The notes beneath the pieces are model-generated. The model searched no databases. It was not told the DNA's origin and worked only from the letters and a program-made list of their open reading frames with translations. From Porphyridium purpureum (taxonomy: Eukaryota), in contig VRMN01000008.1 in assembly GCA_008690995.1 (NCBI GenBank), positions 806,001-870,000 of the forward strand: a stretch of 64,000 bases of DNA. Reading direction: 5' to 3'. Below, piece after piece: positions 45,387-57,620 of the stretch. Numbering within the stretch: position 1 is the first letter of the stretch; the number at the start of each line of letters is the position of its first letter. The position numbers and the translations under genes are program-made.

Positions 45387-45863
45387 TGATACGACTGCTA
45401 TGTGTGGACCGTATTACTACGGTGAAGAGGAAGAAGCAAAGCTAGAAAGACAAACTGTACCTCCAACACGCTAACATCGCTTTCTTACCTTTCTAGATCG
45501 GGTCGAGCTCTGCGCCATTCTGATCCCGCCGCTTATATAAGCTCACAGACGCGCACACGGCGGCGACGGCAACGCGGTACAGTCCGCGGGTGGGACGGTG
45601 TAATGTTAGGAAACCTCCGCTGATGGACAACCTCCAATCCAACGCCCAAGTTTATCAAGTTCTAAACGTATATCTTTTCCAACTCGCACTCCCTGCCGAA
45701 GGCCATCTCGGTCGCGCTCAGCGCCGAGCTTCGCGCGCGGCTTATAACCCAACGGACCCTTTCTCCTGCGCTCCTACCGCCGGACCGACAATCGCATCCA
45801 AAAGTTTGCCCGACTCACGCCACGCCCCTGATTAGTTACCGGTTTAACGGCTGAGCGACTACA
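45387..45863 (-). repeat. 5' LTR (outer boundary approximate)
   Basis: Similar to 30113-30330 over ~215 bp; candidate end ...GCGACTACA. Confidence 0.7.
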
Positions 45864-46364
45864 CGATGACCATTAGCCGACCCACTACGCGCCACGTATC
45901 TCTACATGCACGCGCGGTACATTGCTCACCCAAGATTCATGCTGTCCGGAGCGAGCGCACAGCCCCTTCCAAAAACACCGCGTTTTCAATGACGCGCACC
46001 GCCACTGAGTTGAGCGTTTGCGCTGAAAATCTACGGCTCGGCCGCGAGTGGCACCATGTTGGTGCGTTCTGCGCTCGAGCTGAGGAATCAAAGGCAGCGT
46101 TCAAGCTGCGCCCGCATGGTATGCGAGTACGTTCCCGTGGGGTGGGATGAGGCGCGCGCGTGCACATAAGGGCATCGCCTGCGCGGGAGTCGGTACGCGG
46201 CGGAGGAGGAGAAGAACGTGAAGCAGCAGCACGGCAACGTGGTCGAGGGGTGGCAGTCAGACGCACAACAAGGCTTGGATTTGGGTACGGAGAGGAAAGT
46301 GTTTCGGTGAAGGCGATAGAGGCGCAGCGAGTGTGTGGGTTGGGTGCCGCTCATCAAGGTTTCG

Positions 46365-47436
46365 ATGAGGACTTTGTTGGGCAAGGTCGGCGCAGTCGCG
46401 TCCGCTCAGCATCCGCGGCGCGCAGCCCCGCGAGTCAGCGTGGCTGTCGTGCTTGTTGCTGCGCTTGCGGTGCTTGGTATGTTCGCCCAAGGCAACTGGA
46501 ACGAGAGCTGGCGACGACGCCAAGCGTCATGACCTGGCGCGTGCGCACACAGCAATCGAGCCGTCGTCGGATCGCACGGCTAAGATCAAGGTCCCGAATG
46601 CAGACTTGTTGACCAGGGACCTGGAAAAGGATTCGCTTCTCGACGTCACTGAGCGTCAATTTCCACGTGGCAGGCGCTGTAAATTCTGCTTTGAAGACGA
46701 ATTTCCGTGTAATACTGGTCTCACATGCTTTGACAGCTTTTGCCTAGGGCCTTGGGACACTCCTCGAAGTTGCGAATCTGGGTGTTGCAGGTTCTGTGGA
46801 TGCGCTGCTAGTTTCGACTGTGAAGTGGGTAGGGGCAATTTCTGCACTGATGATTGTGAGTGTGAAACGACCACTTTGTGCATCAACAGCTTCTGCACCG
46901 AGACTTCTTCAAGAGTCCGTTGTGAGTCGTGCGAATTCGATGAGAATTGCGCCGGCGAGCTCACTTGCATCTTTCGCAAGTGCGGGCTGCCCGCGGATTC
47001 GCGTGAAACATGCGAATCTGAGTGTTGCCAGTCCTGCGATTGCTCTTCCAATTCCGTTTGCGCGCAGAGCGAGGGCCAGTCGTGCTCTTCAGACTGCAAC
47101 TGTCAGGGGGACCTGGTGTGCAATAATGGGATTTGCGGAGATTTGGTGCGGACTGAATGTGGGACGCCGCAGTGTGCTTGTGTCGAAGAGACCGGGTCGC
47201 AATGCGCGCAACCCGTCAACGGAGCGGCGGAGGGACTCTGCGAGTTTCAGGACTGCGCGGCGTACAAGTGCCTGTGTGAACAGGATGTTGCCGGTGCGGC
47301 GGATGTGTGCGAGTATGTTGCGGCTGCTGTATTTGTACCTTCTGGAACACAGGACGAGCAGGGATTTATGGAATGCTCGCTTGGATTTACGAGCGTTCTG
47401 AATCGTGTTGGAGGAAGTGGTGCTTCCCCCGTATAG
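46365..47436 (+). CDS. Cys-rich secreted/membrane-anchored protein; apparent frameshift (or unrecognised intron) near 46500-46530
   Basis: Hydrophobic leader (VAVVLVAALAVLGMFA) in one frame and two Cys-rich repeats (C-x2-C...GLTCFDSFC / ELTCIFRKC...CESxCC) in another. Confidence 0.7.
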
Positions 47437-47905
47437 TCGATGTCGCCCGAGTCCTAACCACCAGCAAGCCCCTGGCCGATGCTGACGCGATTCGTCGTGC
47501 AACTCACATGACGACGCTGATTGACGGCTACCTCTCATGATGCTCTCTGATGTATTCCGGTCCTTGAACGTGCACACACTTCCACGTCGCCCCTCATCCT
47601 GCAGAAAGCTGCGTGCTTCACCTTAAATGGACAGATGCGAAACAAGTTGTCAAACAAATTACGTGATCTTCTGGGTAACCCAATGCGAAAAGCCATTTCG
47701 AGTGCAGCCCTACGCCGAGGAATAGACCTTGGATCGAACGCCTGCGTATCCACGCCATCGCTACTCCAACCGAGGAAAGGCGTCCCAGAAATCGGAAGTT
47801 CTGTGCGTGGCGAGGGCCTCGTTTTCCGCCATCCTTTCTCCTCTTGCCTGAAACGCCTCTGGACACTAGGACGACTGACTCGATCTCGTTTCTCATGAAT
47901 GGATG

Positions 47906-47965
47906 AGCCCGATAAGCCCGATAAGCCCGATAAGCCCGACAAGCCCGCGAGCCCGGCGAGCCTGA
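47906..47965. repeat. 9-bp tandem repeat (GCCCGATAA-like)
   Basis: Directly visible. Confidence 0.85.
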
Positions 47966-48169
47966 CGAGCATCGCACTGCGGCCAGCGGACGGACAGGAT
48001 TCTAGTGAGAGGGAGATGGGGAGCGCCTGTACTATGTCAGTACGGAGCGACATCTGCGTGCTGATTTTTTATGCACCAGTGCGGCAATCATCGTTTTAGC
48101 TGGTGCATGAGCTTCGCGAATGGTGAAGAACTGAGCATGTCTGGCGACCAGTGCCCGGCGCATAAAAGT

Positions 48170-49060
48170 CGCGCTCGCGGATTACGGCACAGGCAACGTG
48201 CGGTCTTTGCGGGACGCACTGAAGTACATGGGAGTTTGGCCTTTTTGGATAGCTTGCAAGACATTCTGGACGCGAAAGCGATCCTCTTGCTCAGTTTTGG
48301 GATTTTTAGTGTTGCAACGCAATACCCCGAGGAGATCGCCTACGTCCATGTTCTCAAAGATTTTATGGTGCACTCTTATCAGCCATCCTCGTGGATCTAC
48401 GCCGGGATGTACGGGCTCTTCGAAGCATATCAAGAGTCACCTGGTATAAAAGGACTGGACGTATTCCATGGTGTGATTCTCAGGTTCAGTACAGGAAAGA
48501 GCATGCTCGGCGTGTCCCGCACGGGCTGAAACGCCATTCGGCTGGATCGCAGAGTTCCAAGCGAAGAGCAAGGCGGTCCATGTGCACGAATCCGGTCGCG
48601 CCTGTCGTGCAGCCGGACTTTTATTCCTTTGTGAACTCTGGTCGATTAGGCGACGCAGACAACGTGGGTCAAATGGCAGTAATCTATACTTTGCATGGTC
48701 AACGGCGGCTTGCTGCAGCTGTACTGCAAGATAATGTTCTCGCCCATACGTGTCACCCGGAAAAGCCAGATGACGCTGGACTAGAGCTGGTCTGTTTTTT
48801 CCTGTGCCGCTCTCTGCCGCTCTGTCATTGCAGCAGTTTGAGCGATAGCATCTGTTTTTGCCTCGCAACTACAGCAACTGGGAAAGCGGTGAGGCAAAAC
48901 TCTAGTGTATCGGCGTAGAGCCTGTCTAAGCACGCGGTGGCGTGCGGGGACTCGTGCGAAAATGACACGGGCAACCTGCTCGTGACCAAAGGTGACCATT
49001 ATGGCGTTCGTGAAAAGCAAGGCATTATCGAGGTGCGTAACTCGGGACACCCTGTCATGG
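48170..49060 (+). pseudogene. HIS7: Decayed, truncated bifunctional imidazole glycerol phosphate synthase (HisH-HisF fusion)
   Basis: DYGTGNVRSL, GMYGLFEAYQESPGIKGL, AAAVLQDNV..CHPEKP..AGL (HisH motifs), then NDTGNLLVTKGDHYGVREK...VRNSGHPV (start of the eukaryotic HisF domain). Frameshifts, stops and loss of the catalytic Cys. Confidence 0.88.
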
Positions 49061-50720
49061 TAATCATGCGACATTATGATTTTTCTGCTGGCCACGGAGT
49101 ATTTCTGAACGCCCCTTTTTTTCGCCGTGAGCGCTGAAAAGCTGCTTCCATGTCCAGCGCGCTCGAGAGTACAGCCGAAATTCTGTTTGTGCCACTTTGC
49201 ATCGGCCGTGGCAGAGGGCTGGTTCGCAAAGCACCCACATGACACCAATCATTGTTCGGACTATCCATCGAATTTATCATGCCGCCAGGACGACTTGGAT
49301 GACCATGTGTGGCGACGGTAGCCTTCAATTCCGTGGACGTTAAACAGCAGATCACTTGCGGAAGTGGAGATGTGGAGTGCGTACATGCACGTGACAGGCG
49401 CGACTGGACAGGCAAAGTCGGCATTGACGGTCTTTGGCAAGCTTCATGATCATCACGGTACTTCGCTCGATATGCCGTACTAACTGTTAGGAACAAATGT
49501 GCTGCGTTGCAGCAAATGGAACGCGCTTCCGCCAGGGCTCGTGGCTGAGATACTTGAGTACATCCACTAGCACTTGATCAAATCTGATGCAGAGCCGATT
49601 CTGCATCATCGACACGCCGAGTATGATGACCTGCTTGAGCGCCGCATCAAGAATGTGACCAGGCAAGGCGAGACCGGTCTTGGCCCCACGGTCATGGCGG
49701 GGCTATTTCAGGCCAATAGTTCGCGAATCAGGGTAATTGCTGATGAAATCCGCTGAACTCTTGAACTGCAAGAACGCGCCGATACGGCCGCACTTCAAGC
49801 CCGGAAGTCAGCATCGGATGCTCAGATGTTGCCCGGATTCTTTTCGATGTCCTTGTCTGTTTCTGACGTTGTGTCAAAATGTGAACCGGTATCAAAAGCA
49901 CAGCGACGAGTGCAGGGGCACGCAAGTCACATCGGATGACCAGAATAATGGCAGGAACGCAATCGGCACAGCTCTAGAGGGAAATGGCCGGTTTCGTGTC
50001 GGCGGTAGCCACGCCGCCGCAGCATTATCGCTGGATTGCTTGTCCTGGTGCCCAGGGCTCAGACAGTCAGACGAACGGCTCGGATAAAGCTTGCAGTGGA
50101 AAGTCAAAATCCGAGCTCGCGAGCTGGCATTGAAGGGACCTGCATCTTCTTGTTCTGGTCTGGGACGATGAGGAAGGTTGGATTTGCAATTACCTTGTGC
50201 TTTGAGTCTTTGCTTCGCTACGCGGCAGTGCATATCTCGCGCTTCGAATAATTTGGACGTAGAACCTTGTAGGCGTTCTTGCGTGAGGTGGACCGATCTT
50301 CCTCACGAAGTCATTCAAAAGCACAGGAAGGCTGTCGCATCCGCTGTGTCTTTTCCGTGAGAAAAGTCACTACAAGCAGCTTCGCCCGGAATGCTTTTTT
50401 TCTTGCGCGCTGAATCTGCGCCCGCACGCGGCTATCCAAAGTTCATTCGGCGTGGTGGAACTGTGGGCGCTTCCGAGTTGCAGATGCGCAAGTTTGAGTA
50501 GGCGGCTGTTGTACCCGCGAGGCTGCGGTCGCAGCGAGAGCGACGTTTCACCACTTGGGTCCACCACATTCTCATGTTGTCACTTATCCTTCGTCTTTGC
50601 TCGCGGTGACAGTGGTCAATGCCTTTACATGATTGTTATGATCGCAAGTTAAGGCATGTATTGACTTGGCAATGTCTGCAGTCTGTAATCCGGGTTTTCA
50701 GGATTTAGTATTAGCTACTA

Positions 50721-52264
50721 CAGTCCTGGCCAAAATGTTTGCAACACCCTCATAAAAAGTGAAATTCGTGTAAAAGTGAAGAATCTTGATAGACAAGGGT
50801 ATGCTTTGAGCACGCCAATCGATCGCGCGTCCCAAGAAACACTGGGGAGCGTCCAACCGGGAGGAAAAGGCAAGGAAAGAGCGCATGGGCAATGGAGACA
50901 CCAAAAAGGGGGTATTGGCGAGGGGCGCAAGTTTTGGAACGTAAGAAAGACACACGAAGATCAAGAAGGATGAGACTTTAGTACTTGATGTGGTGGCCGC
51001 GCGCGTCTAGTACAGCTTGAAGACGGCGAGGCATGGACTCCAACAGTGGAACTACGTACTTTTGGGCCTCGGTCGCCCACGCCGCAAGGACGGCAGCCTT
51101 AAGTTCTGCGACGCGTGCGAACTGGCGGCCTTTTCGGTAAACCACGCGCGACAAGACGCCCCAAATGTTTTCAATTGGGTTAAGGTCCGGAGACCTTGCA
51201 GGCCACGGCAGCACAGTGACGCCGAGTGCGTCGAGCCACGCCTTGGTCGAGTTGGCCGTATGTGCCGGGGCATTGTCTTGCTGGAAAGTGAAATTGAAGT
51301 CATACATTTCCAGGCCGAACGGAAGCAAGGCTTCCAGCAAGACTTGTTGATACTTAACGGCATTCAAGCCACCCTCGACGAAGACGGCCATTGTTAGGCC
51401 GCGCAGGGACATACCGGCCCACATGTGAACCTTGCCACCTCCAGAGTGCTGGCGCCTGGCGTACGAACTTGACTTAGCGCGACAGTCGACCCATCGCTGC
51501 GAGGAGCCGAACGGACCATCGCAGCTCCAAATCTTCTCGTCTGAAAAGACCACTTGATGCCAGAAAGCCATTGGTTTCGCAATGAATGCAGTGGCAAACG
51601 CCAATCGCTTTCTGATGTTGTCAGACGACAGCGAAGGTTTCCGCGAGACTCGCTTGTAGCGAAGAAAGCCTGCTGCTTGAAGCGTCCGACGCACTGTCCT
51701 GGCCGAGCACTGCAAGTGCAGCTCGTGAACCACCTGTCCGGACGTCAGTGCATCAACAGATACGGCGCGAATGATGCGGCGTTCCGATTTGCGACTCAAA
51801 AGCCGTTTCGGACCTGGCTTCTTGCGGACAATTCGGCGACCCCTTAACGTCAGATAACGGCTCACAGTTGCATAGAACGGCCGCGAGCGATCTGGGCGAG
51901 GCTTCAGAGCCTTCGCAATGGCTCGTACCGACAGCTCCTGGCCCGCAAGGGCGTCGATCTGCCCTTTTTTGTGTTCCAACAGCCACGGCGTCATTGTCCG
52001 GCCGTTGCGCGCTCACTTTCGATCCGGAGACTCTCCACTTGCGCACGAGGAGATGGATCAGCCAGCGAAGATCCTTTGAGCACCTTCTGATGGTCTGGGG
52101 AAAACAAAAACGCGCGCGCCGCGCCTTGGTTCATCGTTATGCTTGATGTTCACAATGTTAAAAAAGAGTTAAAAGTAAACATTCAATCAAAATGAGCTCT
52201 TGTACTATAAGATCCAGTTCGTTGGACTAAAATGCAGATGTTGCAAAAATCTTTGCCAGGACTG
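50721..52264 (-). mobile_element. Complete Tc1/mariner element
   Basis: 26-bp TIRs (CAGTCCTGGCCAAAATGTTTGCAACA, 23/26 match) with TA TSD on both sides. Confidence 0.96.
50978..51994 (-). CDS. Tc1-family DD34E transposase, 338 aa
   Basis: N-terminal HTH domains; FSDEK; QQDNAPAH-x-SPDLNPIE with 34 residues between D and E. Confidence 0.96.
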   Translation of the reverse strand: MTPWLLEHKKGQIDALAGQELSVRAIAKALKPRPDRSRPFYATVSRYLTLRGRRIVRKKPGPKRLLSRKSERRIIRAVSVDALTSGQVVHELHLQCSARTVRRTLQAAGFLRYKRVSRKPSLSSDNIRKRLAFATAFIAKPMAFWHQVVFSDEKIWSCDGPFGSSQRWVDCRAKSSSYARRQHSGGGKVHMWAGMSLRGLTMAVFVEGGLNAVKYQQVLLEALLPFGLEMYDFNFTFQQDNAPAHTANSTKAWLDALGVTVLPWPARSPDLNPIENIWGVLSRVVYRKGRQFARVAELKAAVLAAWATEAQKYVVPLLESMPRRLQAVLDARGHHIKY

Positions 52265-52874
52265 TACATTTTAAAACTTAGGTACCGATGCATGTGATAC
52301 TATCGCTGTACGCCCCAACGGCGAGACCGACAGCGGTTCGGTCCCTGTCACCAGGGCGCCGCAACCGGTCTGGCTAGATGGATACGCTCCATTGAGGCAG
52401 CTAGTCCGCCCGACGGCGATGACGCGGGAGGGGGCGCGACCCCCTGACCTCCACTCGGGCGACCCCTCCGCAGGGCCGTGCCCGCACTGCAGACACGAAG
52501 AGCAGTGCAGAGGCTCTATTTAAGCGCCAGCCTCCTCTCACCTGGCGACTCGGCTCCACATGTATAGAGTCGAAAAGGAAAGGTCTTTGGGTTCAGTAAA
52601 AGGGTGGCCTCCTAAGGGGCGATCAAATCGGAAAGGGGACAGTACCTTTTTCCAAGTTTTACCAGTAAAATGATCTGCTTTACTATAAAAGGGAAAGAGG
52701 TCCGGTGAAAAGGGAATGTGGAAGAGGTCAAAACAGATAGGGGACACGACACAGTTCCAGCCATTACTCAGCAATGAAAGGTCGGAATTGGTCGCCGTTT
52801 CCTTGTGCGTATGCGCCTTGAAGATACGCACAGTCGAATATGCGTTTCGGCAGAGACGCGTACAAAGTGACCGG

Positions 52875-53560
52875 TTAAGGCTGGTCCAAAGTCTCCCAAG
52901 CCAGTAAGATGGTATTTTTCAGCTCTAGCACCATCTGAAACTCCCTTGCACCCACGTAAACCTTGCGCGCTAGTATTCTCCACAGGTTCTTGATAATATT
53001 GAAGTCCGGTGAGTACGTTGGCCAGTCTAGAAGCTCCACATTCTTGTCATTCATGAAATTCTTAACCAGGCGACTTTTGTGCAGCAGCGCGATATCCTGC
53101 AGAAAAACCACGTTCGGGTCCACCATCTGGCGGCAGCGGTCCAGCATGCCGTCATTCTGAAGCATGGAAACAGAATTGGCAGCGGCGAAGATACCGTCAA
53201 TGAGTTGAAATTGAATATCTCCTGCCACAAAAATGGCGCACCAAACCGTACACCGACCGCCGCTCAAATGTCACGACCAAACGTTTGAAAGATCCCATGT
53301 ACGCTCATGCCATGTCTTGTGGAAAGCATCTGGCCCATCCAGATTGCAAATTATTTCGTCCGTGACCACAACTGTTGCCCAATTCGTTCGTTCCAGCACA
53401 TGCCGTCTTTTCAAGGCGAGCCACGTGAGGTCGAATTTGAGTGTCACAGGTACATCAGCTGGATTTCTCCCGCATGCATAGGTCAAACTCATTGCTGCCC
53501 TGATTACCATTGAATTTAGGACCCGAATCAGACCGCAATCGCGCTGTGCAGCACGAATTT
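52875..53560 (-). mobile_element. Decayed Tc1/Tc3-like transposase relic
   Basis: VVVTDEIICNLDGPD and LQDIALLH...WPTYSPDFNIIKNLW in broken frames. Confidence 0.85.
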
Positions 53561-54280
53561 GACGGCCCTTATTTACGGGCCGAATCCTTTGGATGTCAGA
53601 AATCTTGATTTTTCGTGCCTTTGTGCGGTTTGGAGCGTCCGCAGTAGAGGTACTACGTACGTGTACGATGGGAGCATCTACCTAGAACAAACCGCATTGC
53701 ATAAAGCACCTAATTGTGTCACAACAGCTCTCACTTTTTGTCCCACTCCCAAAGGCCCTGAAAACGTCATATCTTCTCATCCGAGTAGTCAATATTGCGA
53801 TGTTTGGTGTCGAAATGAAGCTCTTCGCGAGAGTCGCTCGATGCACTTTTCTCCTCTTCCTTTCCATTATCCTTTCCCGAGATATAAGGCTTCCCTTGAC
53901 TGTTCCCTATCCCATTTGTGCAACAAATTTCTTGCACTCCGGCACCATCCGCCCCGCCCCAAAATATTGTCCTAGTAAAAGGTCAAAATGTAACATGAAC
54001 TGTCTAATTTTTCTTAGAAATTCGACTTTCCCCTATCCGTTTTGGTCGCACCTTATTATATGAAGGCGCCCAGACCCGGACACGCCGACACGAGCGAAGG
54101 GCAAGCTGTAAATCGAGGAGGACTGCGGTCAGGAGGGGAGATAGGGATATGGGGCCGCGAATTAGAAGGCGAAACAGCTGCGCGGCTGCCTGCAGGAGAA
54201 AACAAAAGTAGGGGTAAAGGGTGGGTTGCGCAAGAGTAGGAAATCAGCAGCAGAAACTCGGTCAGCATTGACACAGTTCC

Positions 54281-55918
54281 ATGGACACTCGCAAGCAGGG
54301 TGTGCTGGCTTCGGGCCTGCTGCTCCCCTGCGTCCTCCATGTTTTCGTCGGAAGCACCCAGACCCAGGCAAGTGCAGGTATAGTCTACGGCATTGAGCAC
54401 GATATCGCGGAGAAGAACATCTTTGCCCTGGACTTTTCCGCCGGCTTGGGCATTGAGCCCAGCATCACGCTGGTCGCAAACGTGACAACGGCGGCGGCCG
54501 AGGATCCAGATTACCCAGTACAGTGCATTGGATAGGTGAACAGGGTGACGCGCACAGGGCCTCTGTATGAATGTAGTCCGAGTGGACTGGCTTACGACGG
54601 CGACTCCCTTCTGTATTTCGCCTTATTTGACCGATTTGGCATGAAGGCATCACGATTGTGCTTGTACTCATTCGAGACGGATTCGTTCGGGTTTGCTGCC
54701 ACCCTTGGCGGGACTGTGACGGGCGCCGCCTTTAACCCGAATACGTACCAGTATGTGTGGATAGACCAAGGCGCGCTACAATCTGAGGGCCGTATTCTGG
54801 TCCTCCAGTTCGAGCGACTGGACAGAACGACGGGCTAGATTATGGAGCGAGTCACAAACACTATGTTCCGCACCGTGACGACGGACCCGAACGCTCCAGC
54901 TGCCGAGCTGCCTTTCGCTTATCGTGGCGGAGATATAGCGATTAACGCTACCGATATGTTGTACCGCAGCAGCGTCGGAGCGAGCGGTGGCTTCAAGTAT
55001 TTCTTTTCCATCGACTTGAACTATGCTGCTGGAGACCTCGGCACAACTCCCGGAACGCCGTACGCTTCCCGCCTGATCCACGCAGACCCAAAGGACTCCA
55101 CTCTGGTGAGCACTTTGACCAGGTTTGCAACTGCAGATCGGGAGGCATTTGACGCGGATGGGAGATTGATCAGCCAAGAGAGCGAGCGAGGCATCCTTAG
55201 TGTCGTGGACACTGCGACAGGCGCGAATGGTGAAGTGGGCGTCGAGGGTGTGGATTACGTCAGGCTGTTCCAGATGGGCACGCTGCACACGTTTGCAGAC
55301 CTTGCGTCGGCTCTGGTCTTTGAAGCGCCGATGCCGATACCTATGCCGATGCCGATGCCATCACCGCCGCCATCGCCAGTGCCAGTGCCAACACCAGCGC
55401 CAGAGTTTTGCTGCTCCCCAGATGACGAAGGTGCTGAGTGCGACGTGGTAACACAATTGCCGGAAAATTACCTCGGACAGTGACGATGGGAGCTCGGATA
55501 GTGACGATGAGAGCTAGAAGATGCCTACGAGCATTCACTACCTTTACGGTCGAGGTCGTGGCCTTGGTCACGGTCGCGGTGGACGTTCAAACTCAGGCTC
55601 CCAGTCGGACGCAGAGTCGACAGAGGTGCCATGCTGTCCGTGCACGTGCCTGAAACCGCGACCAAAGGCTCCAGCGCGTGGAAATGTAGGAAGCGTCAGG
55701 AGTGACAGGAGTGACAGGAGTGACAGGAGTGCCAGGAGTGCCAGGAGTGCCAGGAGTGCCAGGAGTGCCAGGAGTGCCAGGAGTGACAGGAGTGACAGCA
55801 GTGGCAGCAGTGGCAGCAGTGGCAGCAGTGGCAGCAGTGACAGCAGTGGCAGCAGTGGCAGCAGTGGCAGCAGTGGTAGCGATTCGGAGTCCAACAGTAG
55901 TGGCTCGGAGAGTCACTA
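54281..55918 (+). pseudogene. Pseudogenised tandem paralogue of 57621-59234
   Basis: Collinear similarity throughout, with TAG stops at 54533 and 54836, a frameshift near 55470 and an independently expanded 9-bp Ser/Arg repeat tail. Confidence 0.9.
55696..55880. repeat. 9-bp coding-type tandem repeats (AGGAGTGAC/AGGAGTGCC, AGCAGTGGC)
   Basis: Directly visible. Confidence 0.92.
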
Positions 55919-57620
55919 GAAGGATCAGTTTAACGCCAAGCTATTGAAAGTGAACCTGCAACAGTTGAAAAGACTGGAAACGTGAACGAGAAGTAAAGGA
56001 TTAAGTATTCCTTTGCAGAAATCACGTTCTTTGGGCCTGGAGCGCCTTCCGGGCCGAATGACATCGCGTGCAATGGTCAGTCTCTATTCCTTTAAATGTG
56101 TGTGCATCAGTCACATCTGTCATCGGGTCCATGATTGAATGCCTGGTCCGATCTATGCTGTCGTTGAAGCTTTAATCTTTCCGATGTGTGGCCTCGTTTC
56201 CCATTCTGAGTTTCCCGCCAGTGCACCCAGGTCATCTGAAGAGCGGGTGCGGAAGCAAAACATGAAGGGAGAAAGATCACTTTCGTGCGAAAATGCCACA
56301 CTGTGCTGCCTTGTCGAAACATCGACCAGCGCCGCGCATCACGATCTCGCGCCCGTCGCGCAAGAAATACATGGCACGAGTTCAGTTGGGTGTGTTCACC
56401 ACATGGAAGCAGCTGACCAAGTTGCGCATTCGGCAAAGGGACGCCACACATGCATGCCGCAGCACACACACACACGCACACAGACGCATACAGCACGATC
56501 GTTCCGCCTGCTGAGAACCAACGACCTTGAACAACACAACCGCTGCTTCCCTCAGCCACATTCACGTGAACGTGGCGTTATTTGTATGGGATCGATGTAC
56601 AGTCACTGTACATACTCCACGAAATGTACACACGCGCGCAGACACTGTACGTGCCGCACGTGCCACGGGTGCGTGGCACGTCGCAAAATCGCGGCGAGGC
56701 GAGCGCACTTGTTGGCGAGCGCGCACGCGTGAGTCGCAAAGCGCGGAGCGTCAACAGCATAACAGCGGTAAGGTGATGCCCACAATGACATGAATCACAC
56801 ACACACATACATTTACACACATGTAAGAGCCAAAGGACAGAGGAGAAATGACAGAGATTTTCAAACTCGTGGCACGCGCTTGCACTGCGATGTGTACGCG
56901 AGCCGTATTGGCTACAGAAAAAGCAGACGAAGGCGTGTGCAAACGAGCACGCGGCAAAAAAAAATCCAGCAACGGAAAATCTTCACGCTTACTCCTTGCG
57001 ACACGTGGAACTGCGTGAATTGAGCACATTCCGGAGACGCCGGAAGCGTGACGACGCGTGCCGCCTGGTGCACGTGCGTTTTGTGTGACGCTTTCGCTGT
57101 TGTTGTGGATTACGTGGCGCGCTTGGGAAAACAGGGGTCATTGGTGTGAACAAGCTGTAGTCAGAGGATACTCAGAGCAGTGGAATGGATAGAACTCTGG
57201 CGGATACCTGGGTTGGTTGCGTGGTAGTTGGCGGAAGGGGAAAGACTTGTTGGCGCCGTGGGAATGGTTGACTGACGATCTTTCAGCCAAATGCGATGAA
57301 TCTAACTGACGTATCTATCCGCAGTTTGTACTGTGGAACGTCCCAAGATCACGAGTGTCGTGGCGCAAGTTGCGACCGTCTGAAGCCTGCTTCGCGCCGC
57401 GCATCGGGTATATAATGGGGACTGCGCGCGTGGATTAGTGCAAAAAGTCGAAGAGTGCTGGGCACAGAGCAGAGTCGGCAAGGAGCAGAAGAAGAAGGAC
57501 AAGAAGAAGAGAGAAGAAGGAGAATTCGGGCATACGCAGGAAGGGACAGAGCCCGTGGTACCGGGATTGAAGCAGCAAGAGAAGCAACAGTAGAGGCTCC
57601 AGATGCATTCGCTTGACAGA

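Larger units (their letters stand above)
30113..45863 (-). mobile_element. LTR retrotransposon with Copia domain order and gypsy-type Gag/PR, split by a DNA transposon; right boundary approximate
   Basis: LTR-like repeats start TGATAC at 30113 and 45387. PBS at 45368-45386 and a PPT-like tract at ~30550-30590. The gag and pol halves join in frame once 34772-44163 and one TSD copy are removed. Confidence 0.85.

Noticed and set aside
49574..49756. Possible second enzyme fragment after the HisHF relic
   Set aside because: Too short, with no convincing motif.
9515..54838. Stop-codon reassignment or readthrough explaining the isolated in-frame stops (9515, 10391, 42492, 54533, 54836)
   Set aside because: All three stop types are involved, intact genes terminate normally with them, and the intact paralogue has sense codons at the 54 kb sites.
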